A DNA stretch of 64,000 nucleotides. Origin: Octopus bimaculoides. Its lineage: Eukaryota. The notes below the pieces were generated by a model. That model made no database searches. It was not told the DNA's origin and worked only from the letters and a program-made list of their open reading frames with translations. The stretch lies in NCBI RefSeq assembly GCF_001194135.2, contig NC_068981.1:89884518-89948517 (forward strand). The letters run 5' to 3'. Position 1 is the stretch's first letter. The number at the start of each line of letters is the position of its first letter. Both the position numbers and the translations under genes were made by a program. This document shows positions 40,100 to 52,781 of this stretch, one piece after another.

Positions 40100-41765
40100 N
40101 NNNNNNNNNNNNNNNNNNNNNNNNNNNNNNNNNNNNNNNNNNNNNNNNNNNNNNNNNNNNNNNNNNNNNNNNNNNNNNNNNNNNNNNNNNNNNNNNNNNN
40201 NNNNNNNNNNNNNNNNNNNNNNNNNNNNNNNNNNNNNNNNNNNNNNNNNNNNNNNNNNNNNNNNNNNNNNNNNNNNNNNNNNNNNNNNNNNNNNNNNNNN
40301 NNNNNNNNNNNNNNNNNNNNNNNNNNNNNNNNNNNNNNNNNNNNNNNNNNNNNNNNNNNNNNNNNNNNNNNGTGTTGCCCCTTGTCAATGCAGAGCAGCC
40401 AAGCCTTAGCCAGGCAGCGCTGCTGACTATCTGCTCGAAGGTTATTTATCTAATTTCAGTGGAATCTATCCACTGGTTTTCAGAAATAGAGTTATTAATA
40501 TTTCTAAGTCTCTCTAAAGGAGACTACGGCAGCGGTACTGGAAATTAATAGTTATCGCCAAGCCAACATGGCAGTCCCAAAATTAGGACGAAAGCTGCCG
40601 TGAATTAGCTCCAAGAAGCCATCGCCTCTAGCTAGCTATGTGACACACGAAACCTGTGTCCTTTATAACCTTCGAACAGGGGAGGATCACATTTTTGTAC
40701 CTACTGATGAAAGATCAATTCAGATCGAATCAGTAAATTCAGATAAATTTGCTATTCAGAAATATCCTTTCTCAATTCTATAACAAAAAATGCTGCTGCG
40801 CCTACTACTGTTACTACTACCACTATTATCACTACCACCATCACTACCACTGTCACCACTACTACTATTAATACTATCACCACCACCATCACTATTACTA
40901 CTACCACTACACGAATTAACGAATGAAATTCTATACGGTCGCCCTCACCTGCTACGAATAATAGGCCTTCCTAAAATCTTAAACTTAAAATTATAAAGGA
41001 AAAACAAATAAAAAAAATACAGAGATTAATATACTCTTGCTTGGAACGTTTTGATCATAGAGCAGACTTGAACCAAGAATACATTGAGAATGAAGTCCTA
41101 TGCAGTAGTAAAACGACTGGATGCTCATGACTGGAAAGCTTTTTGCTCATTAGAACTGCTCAATTGGAACGGATGAAAGAGTCAAAACAACAACCATGAC
41201 TGAAATTTCTTGTTTTATTTTCTAACAATCAGCAATTCAAAATGAACGCCGCTTGCACGGACTTCAACTGTTCGCCCTACCCTTACTTTACAAGTGGCTG
41301 AAAAGTCGATAAAGACTACTCATACTCTTCCTGACTAAACAATATGCAAAGGCAAGAAAGGAAAGACAGAGAAAGAGAGTTTAAGCATATAATAGCGTAC
41401 GATATGGTTTTGATTCCGTGTTGCAAGCACTTCATTTTAATTGTGTCTATGTTAAAAAGAAAAAAAATCAATATTTTACACGATTATAGATGGCTAAACG
41501 TTAATAAACATCAACTTCACCAATTCCACAGAATCAAGAAGCAATATCGTTCTGATGTAATGACGTCACATATCATGAACAAGGAAAACAACACCCACAT
41601 ACTAATCTCATAGCCCGTTCTTTTTTTCACTGAACAATTGCAGACTATTAATTGAAGTAAATACAAGATTTCTTCGATAAGACCTTGACGTCAATCGAAT
41701 GCACTGTATTTCGGATTTGTAGCTATTAAAACAACTTAACGTTTGCAGATACGACAGCACTTCCA

Positions 41766-41841
<76 letters not shown>

Positions 41842-44508
41842 GTAATCTTGTGCTTGGTAGCGCTAAGCCTGAATGAAATATTCTTCCAGCTGGCATGTTG
41901 GCTTGTGCATTTAATTGTTGCTGGAATTTAATTCCAGGTTATATAAATCAATTAATCAGTCAATCAATCAATCAATCGATATCTTTTTTATTCTTGCGAG
42001 ACATAAACTAGTAATGAGTTCAGTTAATGAACCTAGTTTCGATCGCAGGTTAAGAACTTTTTCTGTTATATATAACAGTTCAGTTCAGTTTTTTTATGGT
42101 TCATTCTGCTTTTGATTTTTTTTTTTTTAATAGGCTCAGCCTGTCTGGAAAAGTGATCAGTGCACATGACATTCACAGGCCTTTCGTAACTGGTAAGACT
42201 GGCACGGTTGATACAAGTGAAAATCTGAATTTCTGGTCGGACAAATTATCATCAGGTATTTCTTCTAGTTTTATGCCTTCTAAGATCAAATCCCGCCTTG
42301 ACCTACTTGACGTAATCTGTTGCTCAGTTTATCATCACCTTGAGTTCTCTTAGCGATGTCTAATCTGTTACAAGCATTTGAGACTGGTCTCCAATCTGAG
42401 GATAACTGCTTTCTCATTCTATAACACCAGGCAATGAAGGTATGTAAATAGACACCAGGGCTTCTCTCCTCTCTTTACTTACACGATAAAATAGTATGTG
42501 TATATATATATGCGTTCAAAAATGCACACACATATTTATACACACACACACACACAAACACATACATATACGTGCATACACACATATATAGAAGAATTTG
42601 TGGATATTTGTCTGCCATATTTTGGTATCTTTCTCTGTATAAAAATGCATGTTTTTTGCACCAAGAGCCACAAAACATATCGCTTGAATCATTAAAACAT
42701 GGTGGGGTTTCCACTGTGATCAAGAAACTGTGATGAAACCGGTGGGATTCAGACAAATATGAAGAAGCAACATAAGTAAACCATTTTATATACTACCGTA
42801 CTGAAAACTTTTTCTAACCTTCGTTAATACATTAATACATTAATACCAACATCAATGTATATATATATATANNNNNNNNNNNNNNNNNNNNNNNNNNNNN
42901 NNNNNNNNNNNNNNNNNNNNNNNNNNNNNNNNNNNNNNNNNNNNNNNNNNNNNNNNNNNNNNNNNNNNNNNNNNNNNNNNNNNNNNNNNNNNNNNNNNNN
43001 NNNNNNNNNNNNNNNNNNNNNNNNNNNNNNNNNNNNNNNNNNNNNNNNNNNNNNNNNNNNNNNNNNNNNNNNNNNNNNNNNNNNNNNNNNNNNNNNNNNN
43101 NNNNNNNNNNNNNNNNNNNNNNNNNNNNNNNNNNNNNNNNNNNNNNNNNNNNNNNNNNNNNNNNNNNNNNNNNNNNNNNNNNNNNNNNNNNNNNNNNNNN
43201 NNNNNNNNNNNNNNNNNNNNNNNNNNNNNNNNNNNNNNNNNNNNNNNNNNNNNNNNNNNNNNNNNNNNNNNNNNNNNNNNNNNNNNNNNNNNNNNNNNNN
43301 NNNNNNNNNNNNNNNNNNNNNNNNNNNNNNNNNNNNNNNNNNNNNNNNNNNNNNNNNNNNNNNNNNNNNNNNNNNNNNNNNNNNNNNNNNNNNNNNNNNN
43401 NNNNNNNNNNNNNNNNNNNNNNNNNNNNNNNNNNNNNNNNNNNNNNNNNNNNNNNNNNNNNNNNNNNNNNNNNNNNNNNNNNNNNNNNNNNNNNNNNNNN
43501 NNNNNNNNNNNNNNNNNNNNNNNNNNNNNNNNNNNNNNNNNNNNNNNNNNNNNNNNNNNNNNNNNNNNNNNNNNNNNNNNNNNNNNTATATATATATATA
43601 CTCACGCACATATATATAATTGTGCGTTTGTGTGTGTGTGTGTGTGTGTGCATGTGTGAGTGTGTGTGTGAGTGTTTGTGTGTGTGTGTGTGTGAGTGTG
43701 TGTGTGTGCGTGTGTGTGTGTGCGTGCGTGTGTGTGTTTGTGTGTGTGTGTGTATTCCCTTACATCCATGAAGATTTCCTTCCTCCAAATCCTCGTTTTC
43801 GCTTTCGTTGTTGCTCTTGTTCTTTTTTCCTTTTTTTTTTCTTTGTTTTTGTTTCTTTTTTTTTCTGTTTCTTAGAGTGATATCAATAAGAAAAGCTGAT
43901 GCAGCTTACGTTTTAGACGTGATCAAGATGTCTGGTTAATTATGTAAATGTCGGCAACAGCAGCACATCATTTATTTATTTATTTTCATTCATTTATTTA
44001 TTTATCTATTTATATATTTGGAGAAACCCAACTCTGCTTATCATTCATTATTTATCGATTTCGACGATACTAACGTCCCCCATAAGAGAGCTTTCCGTGT
44101 TTTAAATAACTCTAGCTCTTCAAGAAACCAGGAGGCAATGAGTGTATGCATATGTTTGTATGTATATGTGTGTATATGTGTGTGTGTGAATGTGTGCGTA
44201 TAAACGTGTGTATATATATATACATATATTTATGTATGTATGTGTGTGTGTGTCTATATATATATGATTTTTGTTTGCATATGCATATACACACAAACAC
44301 ACACACATACACACACACACATATATATANNNNNNNNNNNNNNNNNNNNNNNNNNNNNNNNNNNNNNNNNNNNNNNNNNNNNNNNNNNNNNNNNNNNNNN
44401 NNNNNNNNNNNNNNNNNNNNNNNNNNNNNNNNNNNNNNNNNNNNNNNNNNNNNNNNNNNNNNNNNNNNNNNNNNNNNNNNNNNNNNNNNNNNNNNNNNNN
44501 NNNNATAT

Positions 44509-44790
44509 ATATATTCGAACAACCTGGTATATGTATTAACTTGCTCTGGGTGTCAAGAGCAATGCATAGGCCAAAGCAAAAACAGTCTACGTCAAAGGAT
44601 GGCTCTACATAGATCCCAGATCAAAATTCGAAAATACAGAAAAATAGCATTCGGCGAATACATCGACATTTGCGCCAATAACAAACAACCCAACTTCAGA
44701 ATTTTTCCTTCTATCAATTCAGGAACGATGCAACCTGTACTCAACGCATTAGTAAAGAGTCATACTTTATCACAAAACATAAACCCTTTT
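44509..44790 (+). mobile_element. Penelope-like element GIY-YIG endonuclease fragment
   Basis: NLVYVLTCSGCQEQCIGQSKNSLRQRMALHRSQIK...FRIFP, giving the VY / (Y)IG / R..H motif order. Confidence 0.8.
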
Positions 44791-45285
44791 TGAATGCGTC
44801 CACCATAAATGACATGGCCGCAGAATAAGTAAAAGAATAAAAGACCAAAAGTATATATGTATGTATGTATGTTATCAATTAGTTTCATTTCTGTATTTCT
44901 TGTCAAAAGAGAAAGAGTCGGACTCTAACATAGATTCAAGGCTCCTTTATTGTATGTATGTATGTATGTATGTATTGTATGCATTATGAGCACTAAGTGA
45001 GAGTAGGCAAGCTCCCTAGAAATCTCTTCTTCGTTCATCTTCGATTCCTTGTTTACAAATCTATCAATCACAACTACTATTTTCCAGAACAATTAAATTC
45101 ATATACTTCATGCCTGAATGGAGAAAACCGACAGGAAAACCACTCTAAAACAGAAACATGGTAAGCTGCATCCGGAAACGGATATGCTATACAACTTCAC
45201 CGCCATCATTACAGCAACTGACGCCACATATGCATGCACACTATGAGAAACACACAGATTTACACACAAAAAAAAACACACACAG

Positions 45286-45318
<33 letters not shown>

Positions 45319-45693
45319 CACACACGCACATACACACGCATGTATGCACATACCCACGTATGCCTATATATGTATATAGAATTGTTATTAGGATTCCTTA
45401 AGAATCAATGCATATCAAAATGTCAGATGTAAGTAAACGGCTAGGTTCGCTATTTCGTGTTTACCATTTTGTATTGCAGTATATGGTAGAGAAGAGAGAA
45501 CAAAAAGAAGAGAAAGTAAATCACACGCACACACACATTGATACATACGTATATACATATATGTTATATAATGAAACGGAGTTGACGTTTGAATGAGAAC
45601 ACTTGTATAGAAATACACAGAAAGAAACGCAGAGAGAAAATCACAGGGGAGATAACCAACGTTACAACAAATATTACGTATATAGAAATAAAC

Positions 45694-45876
45694 CAGGTTG
45701 GAATGGTTTTTAAGATGTCTATAGTGGTCTATCTTTAATTTCCGCTACGATGTAATTTTTGTTAATGCGGACATTCCAAGAACGAAATTTTTTCTTTATA
45801 TTTGCATTTTAAAAAATAAATCTTAGCGGAAATTAAAAATAGATCACTGGGAACATCTTAAACCATTCCAATCTTG
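45694..45876. mobile_element. Fold-back element / MITE with ~65-bp imperfect inverted arms
   Basis: 45694-45760 (caggttggaatggtttttaagatgtc...ttaatttccgctacgatgtaattttt) is the approximate reverse complement of 45812-45876. Confidence 0.7.
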
Positions 45877-46270
45877 TCTACGTAATTTTTATATATGTAA
45901 TATGTGTTGCAAAGTTAAGGTGCCGAACTGGCAAAATCATTAGCAAGTCGTCAAAAATTTTTAACGGTGTTTCGTCCGTCTTTACTTTCTGAGTTCAAAT
46001 TCCGCCGAGATCAAGGCCGATTAAAATAATAATAATTAATAATAATAATAATATGTATATATATATATATATATGTATATATGCTTGTAGATGTGTATAT
46101 ATATATAAAGGTATAATTTCAAATTAATAATAAAAGGCTAAAATTAATCAATTAAATTAATTAATTAATTAATCAATCAATTAATTAATAATTTTACCAA
46201 GTAGATCGGTACGTTAAAATAACCTTTATAAGTAAAATTATACAAATATTCTATAATTATAATTAGAGGT

Positions 46271-46418
46271 CAGCTAATTGCTTTACCACATACCGAATTT
46301 AGAAATAGGAGTTAAAAATTCCTTTTCTACTGTTACTTTCATGGAGATTCTTACAGCAGTAGAAAGGGAATTTTTAACTCCTATTTCTAAATTCGGTATG
46401 TGGTGAAGCAATTAGCTG
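46271..46418. repeat. 62-bp near-perfect inverted repeat with 24-nt spacer
   Basis: 46271-46332 versus 46357-46418: 60 of 62 Watson-Crick pairs by eye. Confidence 0.92.
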
Positions 46419-46557
46419 GCTCCTAATAATAATTATGTTTATAATTATGGAATATTTGTATAAAGGTATAAATAAATAAATATATATATATATATATATA
46501 TATACTTTATATAAAAGCAGTAGAAATATAACAAAAAACTGTTACTCGGAGTTTTAT

Positions 46558-46621
46558 GTTCCTGTTCATCGGACAGTTTTGTTAGGAAATTTTCTAACAA
46601 AACTATCCGATGAACGGGAAC
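46558..46621. repeat. 30-bp inverted repeat with AATT loop (mirror junction of two hammerhead-like ends)
   Basis: 46558-46587 versus 46592-46621: 27 of 30 Watson-Crick pairs. Confidence 0.9.
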
Positions 46622-48684
46622 CCACTCGCATTGAAAACGGAAATGCTCAATCCTTCATCAGGTATTGGCTAAGTATCAACACAATTTCGACACCTTCCGT
46701 ATTCTAATGCTGTCAGATGAACTATTTTTGTTTTCCGGCGAATGCGACTTCCTGATAGAAAACTTCAGAGTAACAACCAGCTGGATCAGCTGAAATAATT
46801 TGATTATAATCTACTCTCGTTGAAATACATTTTTTTTTTGTATCTCGTTAGTTACACTCGTGAATCATATGTATGACCAATTAGACTATCTCGTGAATGA
46901 ACGGCCGTGACGTTATATTCATAGAGTAATAGTAAGGTTTTTCCTATCGATCAAAGCGTCTCGAATGATTGGCTCTATTGCAAACGGGAAAGATGACTGG
47001 ACTACTTACTATGAGATACAGAAAACTATAGAGTCAAGGCATGCATTCAATTGAAGAGGGAGGCTACTCCCTCTGACTAAATATTTGGCTCCTATCAGTC
47101 TGTTTTGTTTGACCTATCATCTTCACATACCTGGGAATTTTCTATGGGAAGCGGCCTCTGATAACAGCAGTTAGGTATTATCTCGGATCTTCTGCTGAGA
47201 GAAATTTATGATTACCTCAATATCTGGGGATTCTCAGTTAAGCAAAGCCCATAACTTCATGACTCTATGAAATATAATTAACTGTATAGAAATTTTGTCA
47301 TGCTACTGAAGAATAATGGATCTTTGGCCCACGAGTTTCCTCATAAAAAGAAAGGATGTGGAATTTTCTATGTTCTTTGGTCTAAAAGAATAGTGATGCT
47401 GACAGCAACGACCCTTAAAAGCGTTCGTGAGTGGTGCTGTATGATTCTTATAAATATGAACACTATCCAGTGTAATGGATGCCTTTTCTTTCGCTTTGAA
47501 TATGTCCACTATAGCTTTGTTTTAGATGTTATATTGTGGTTGACGAGAAATTTGACTGCACTTTTCAGAAAGTTGAGCGATCATGTGTCAGCTGCCTTAT
47601 AAATAAAATTGTCATTGAACCAGATTCTTATCATTCCCTCTTTCATTCCTATTCTTTTGCCCGCTCTTACTCTTTCTTTCTCGTCTGCCTTTCTCTTCTG
47701 CCTTTCTCTTCTTGTCAATCGTTCTGTCTTATACTTTCTATTCCGGCGTAGATGGTTGAGCTATTTATTAATTTAGCGAAGTGATTGCCTTTAGAATTCG
47801 TGAAATTTTTCAGTATAATTGCTATTAGTAACAACGTGTCTAAGTACAACAAAAACAGCAACAATAATAAGAAAACATACATAAAAAATTATAAAAATAA
47901 AAATATTAACGAAAATGTAGCAGTGAGGCGAAAATCTACAAAACATCCAATAAATATTCTTGGACATTTCTTGTCATGGTTGTTGTTCAGAAAAGGACAA
48001 GAGAAAAGAAAAGAGGATTGTAAAGTAAGAGAAATGTCGGTCCTTCAGTTTAATTGGATGGAAATTTGACTGATTTTTTCAAAAGGTTCAGTGATCACGT
48101 AGAAGTTCCCCACGTAGACGTTCCTCTTTAGGACTGCTTAATTTAATAGTTATTTATATAAATGTTATGAGAAGCAACTGGCAGTCAGTATATTGTTATT
48201 TGAAAACATTTAAAAAACATAAAAAGCCATACTGTAACAAACTGAAACCTACTTATAACGAATACTTCAATTATTTCATAAATTATTAAAAAGATATACG
48301 AAGCTCTGCAAAAGAAAGAGAAAACATCCAGAAAAAATATTGCACAAGACGTTACAGTTTAAAAAACAAAGCCGCCTCTTAAATCTTTGATTAATAACGA
48401 AGCTCGAAATGGCCAGAGTATATTTATCAAGCAGAAAAGACTCTATAAACATTGCTAAATTCAATAATGTATTCACATCACACCAAGTTACTCAGTTACT
48501 AATGCATTGATCGCAAACGCTTCCAGTCACTTGGCGGTCTTATGTTTATTTCCTAGCAGGTTATATTGACATACTCTACAAACATCTCAAGTTTGTTTTT
48601 GCTTTTTCCTGCCGCTGTAAACAGGCAGATGGAGTGGGGATGGTTTGGTGGGTAAGAAATTGCAAGATAAACATATTTATATAG

Positions 48685-48850
48685 GTGCAGGCATAGCAGT
48701 GTGGCTAAGAAATTTGCTCGGCGTTTACGTGGAACCGGGTTCAACTCCCTTACATTGTATCTTAGGCAAATGTCTTCTATTGTACGATTGTTTTCGTATT
48801 GATTAATACCTTGTGCGTGGAATTTGGTACATAGAAACTACAGCAGTCAG
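48685..48850 (+). mobile_element. SINE family A, 5' fragment
   Basis: ggtgcaggcatagcagtgtggctaagaaatttgc...ccgggttcaactccc...cttaggcaaatgtcttctattgt. Confidence 0.75.
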
Positions 48851-49102
48851 TCGTGTACATTATATATATGCTTTTTTTCTTTGTGTATGTGTGTGTGTGT
48901 GTCTGTCTGTGTCTTTGTGTGAGTGTGTGTGTGTGTGTTTGTGCGTATGTGTACATGTACATCTGCCTGTAAGTGCGTGCGGTGCGCGTGTGTACACGTA
49001 TGTATGTATGCATTTATGTATGCATGTACGCATGTATATATATATATATGAAAATATGTACATACACGAATAAAAAGATACATACATGAATATATACAAC
49101 AC

Positions 49103-49213
<111 letters not shown>

Positions 49214-49795
49214 GGTGGTGAAAGTGATGCATTTACATCGTTCAGCAATGGATGAGAATTCAGTTGTTGAATCAACTGAATAGCTGGCTTCTTAATTAAC
49301 GTGTGAACATTTCACAAATATGCGTATACTTAACGTAATTCTAAGGCGAATTCTGAGTACAATTCGCCCAAAAGGCTACTATACACAGTTTCAGACACAA
49401 AGCAAGAATCGGTTCAAGAAATCGACGCATTCGTGTCCTCACAGTTGCGAAACGAACTTCTTAACCACTTAACCATTCGGCCATACGGCACCTACTGGTT
49501 GGGCTGTTGCACTCTCGACTGCAAAAATGCCTTTTTGAATCCCGCACGAGGTGATGCAAAAGCCCTTCATTTCACGTTTTTCTGCAGTCACTTTGAAATA
49601 TTACGTGTGACACACTGCGCATCTATTCAGGCAATCTTGATTTGATGAGCAAATACAGGGCACAAACATTTGATCACTATAAACAGATCATCTGTACAGG
49701 TTTTTCAGCAACGAATTGTGGCACTCTCATCTGTCATGTTCGACAGGAGACTTCATTAAACGCACGAGCGCATATACACATATATGTGTGTGTGA

Positions 49796-49837
<42 letters not shown>

Positions 49838-50497
49838 NNNNNNNNNNNNNNNNNNNNNNNNNNNNNNNNNNNNNNNNNNNNNNNNNNNNNNNNNNNNNNN
49901 NNNNNNNNNNNNNNNNNNNNNNNNNNNNNNNNNNNNNNNNNNNNNNNNNNNNNNNNNNNNNNNNNNNNNNNNNNNNNNNNNNNNNNNNNNNNNNNNNNNN
50001 NNNNNNNNNNNNNNNNNNNNNNNNNNNNNNNNNNNNNNNNNNNNNNNNNNNNNNNNNNNNNNNNNNNNNNNNNNNNNNNNNNNNNNNNNNNNNNNNNNNN
50101 NNNNNNNNNNNNNNNNNNNNNNNNATATATAATATGAGTATATGCATATATATGTATATGTATGTACATACCTTCATCTACATGTATATATAGATGCATA
50201 TCTGGGTACATGACGTTGCAAAAAGCATGCACAAAATGATAAACAAGGTACAGCAAACACACAGGCCACATAGAGAACATTTCCTTCATCAGCTTTCCAC
50301 CATTATAACACATGCGTTTCGAAGAGTTGTATGTATGTATGTATGTATGTATGCATGTATGTATGAATAAGGGAGTGAGAAAGTGTCTTTCTCGGAAATA
50401 TAACCTGTAAAAATTATATCTTGGGACGTGTATCAGAATGACATTGTTATAGAAAGATAGAGATATATATATATGAAATATAAATATATGTCTGTGT

Positions 50498-50528
<31 letters not shown>

Positions 50529-50965
50529 CGTATGTATGTATGCATATATATATGTATGTATGTATTATGCATGTATGAATGTGTCTATGTATGTATATGT
50601 ACACGTGCGTGTTTGTGTGTGCCGAATGTTTTTTGCTGTTGTGCTTCTTACGTAAAATAGTACTTAGTCACTTCATAAATTAGAGCAGACAATGTTTACA
50701 ATAATTACCAGACTGAAACGAGAACGACGGCCGATATGAGTGACTAAAACCTTTCGAGGGTAATGCCTCAGCTGCTACGATCTGAAATCAGTAGCAGTAC
50801 AAACGAATAAACGTATGCATATTGATTTGTAACACTAGGACAAGGCGGCACATTTCGTGGCGAAGTTTTGTGGTGAATCATTCAAATTGTAAACGATAGC
50901 TATCCAGTTTATCGATCTGAGACTTATGAACGTGAACACAGATTGTAAAGGGTTGGAACTGAAGA

Positions 50966-51077
<112 letters not shown>

Positions 51078-51159
51078 ATGTATGTATGTATGTGTGTATG
51101 CTAGCAGAGATACACGGGCTTACTCGGGAATAAAGAGGCATAGTTTTTTTATTGTTTTA

Positions 51160-51440
51160 CTAGTTTGAGTTAAAACCACAGGGTTTAAAACCACCGGATT
51201 TATTCTTTGTAAACCTAGTACTTATTTTATTAGTGTCTTTTTCCCAACCTTTAGCTTATGGGAACCTAAACACAGCAACATTAGTTGTCAAGCAATAGTG
51301 GTGGTCCAAGCACAGACACAGACACAGACACACACACACTCGCACCCCAATATACACATATATACGACAGTCATCTTTCAGTTTCCGTGTACAAAATCCA
51401 CTCACAGGGCTTTGGTCAGCCTGACGCCATAATATATATT

Positions 51441-51479
<39 letters not shown>

Positions 51480-51571
51480 CAGACTTCTTTTAGTATCCGT
51501 CAACCAAATCTACTGATATGGATTTGGTCATCCGAAAGGCTATAGTTGAAGGCACGTGCTCAAGGTGCTAC
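51160..51571 (-). mobile_element. SINE family A pieces (partly duplicated, runs into gap)
   Basis: ctttcagtttccgtgtacaaaatccactcacagggctttggtc, and a second related segment at 51478-51571. Confidence 0.8.
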
Positions 51572-51919
51572 NNNNNNNNNNNNNNNNNNNNNNNNNNNNN
51601 NNNNNNNNNNNNNNNNNNNNNNNNNNNNNNNNNNNNNNNNNNNNNNNNNNNNNNNNNNNNNNNNNNNNNNNNNNNNNNNNNNNNNNNNNNNNNNNNNNNN
51701 NNNNNNNNNNNNNNNNNNNNNNNNNNNNNNNNNNNNNNNNNNNNNNNNNNNNNNNNNNNNNNNNNNNNNNNNNNNNNNNNNNNNNNNNNNNNNNNNNNNN
51801 NNNNNNNNNNNNNNNNNNNNNNNNNNNNNNNNNNNNNNNNNNNNNNNNNNNNNNNNNNNNNNNNTATATATATATATATATATATATTCTCTGTTTGGAA
51901 CTTACCTGCGTACTCACCT

Positions 51920-51997
51920 TGTCCCTGATGACGGAAAGCCCTGTGTATGGAGATGCTGACCCAACACATCGGATATGCCAGAAACAGCTGTAAGACA
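51920..51997 (+). ncRNA. Minimal type I hammerhead ribozyme-like motif (probable PLE terminus)
   Basis: tgtcc-CTGATGA-cgg..(long stem II)..cca-GAAA-CAGCTGT-A-agaca. Intact core, palindromic stem III ACAGCUGU, GUA triplet, 4-bp stem I. Confidence 0.6.
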
Positions 51998-52239
51998 TTA
52001 ATTACTTCTTTTTTGATTCGCCTTACTCTTATCAAATACTCTAAATGACCTGAGATACTTGTCCTGCCTAGTCCATTTTCCTGTAATATATACCTACTCT
52101 CTCGGAAGCCTACTGCAGATCTTTAGCTCACAGTCTCTGCTGTGAACTTGGAACCTAACGGATGACCAATTATAGCACTTATGCAGCATACTTATTCGTT
52201 TAGATCATCAGTGAACTAAACCCTCATATTTTATATATA

Positions 52240-52325
52240 TGAAATTAACACGCAAGTCGCTGAGTACTCCACAGACACGTGTACCCTTAACGTAGTTCAC
52301 GGGGAGATTTAGCGTGACACAGTGT
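52240..52325 (-). mobile_element. SINE family C internal fragment
   Basis: gaaattaacacgcaagtcgctgagtactccacagacacgtgtacccttaacgtagttc. Confidence 0.85.
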
Positions 52326-52781
52326 TGATAATTTCGTTGTTATTGTTGTTCTTTCTTCTTGGGTGGTCTGTAGGATTACGTTATCTCATGTAACACTGAC
52401 TTATCTAAGACGGTAAGATGTGATTTGAGCAATTTTTGACTGTCTATGTTGAAAAAGTCTGGCAACCAATTAGAGTTTGCTTAGTGTAGTACGCTCTCAA
52501 GACACTATAGTAATGGATGGATAGACAGATTAATATATTGGCACACAGAGAGATTAAACACTATATTTGTAGCTAAAACAGTTAAACAGTAGGGAAACAG
52601 TAAAATATTAACAGCTAGAAAACAAAAACAAATGAAAAGAATGGAGACGAAATAACGAAATATAAAAATACGTGCTGATGCAAATGATAAGCTGTTTATA
52701 GAAGTTGAGACAATAAACGATTCCGAAAAAGGTGAAAAGAGAAGAGAGTAAATGTATCACATATATGTATGCATGTATGAA

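Noticed and set aside
40700-40740. CTGATGA followed by a small hairpin
   Set aside because: GAAA is absent (gaat), with no stem III or NUH. Other isolated CTGATGA hits (11711 minus, 17605, 42250 minus, 50287 minus, 52205 minus) fail in the same way.
44045-44090. Minus-strand gacg-loop-cgtc-GAAATCGATA hammerhead-like half
   Set aside because: The upstream core needs two substitutions and stem I cannot form, so it is too degenerate to claim.
45088-45161. Possible exon between ttttccAG and GTAAGC
   Set aside because: One frame is open but the peptide is uninformative and has no supporting neighbours.
47300-47602. 100-aa ORF in unique sequence
   Set aside because: No motif, no codon-like periodicity evident, and the length is reachable by chance.
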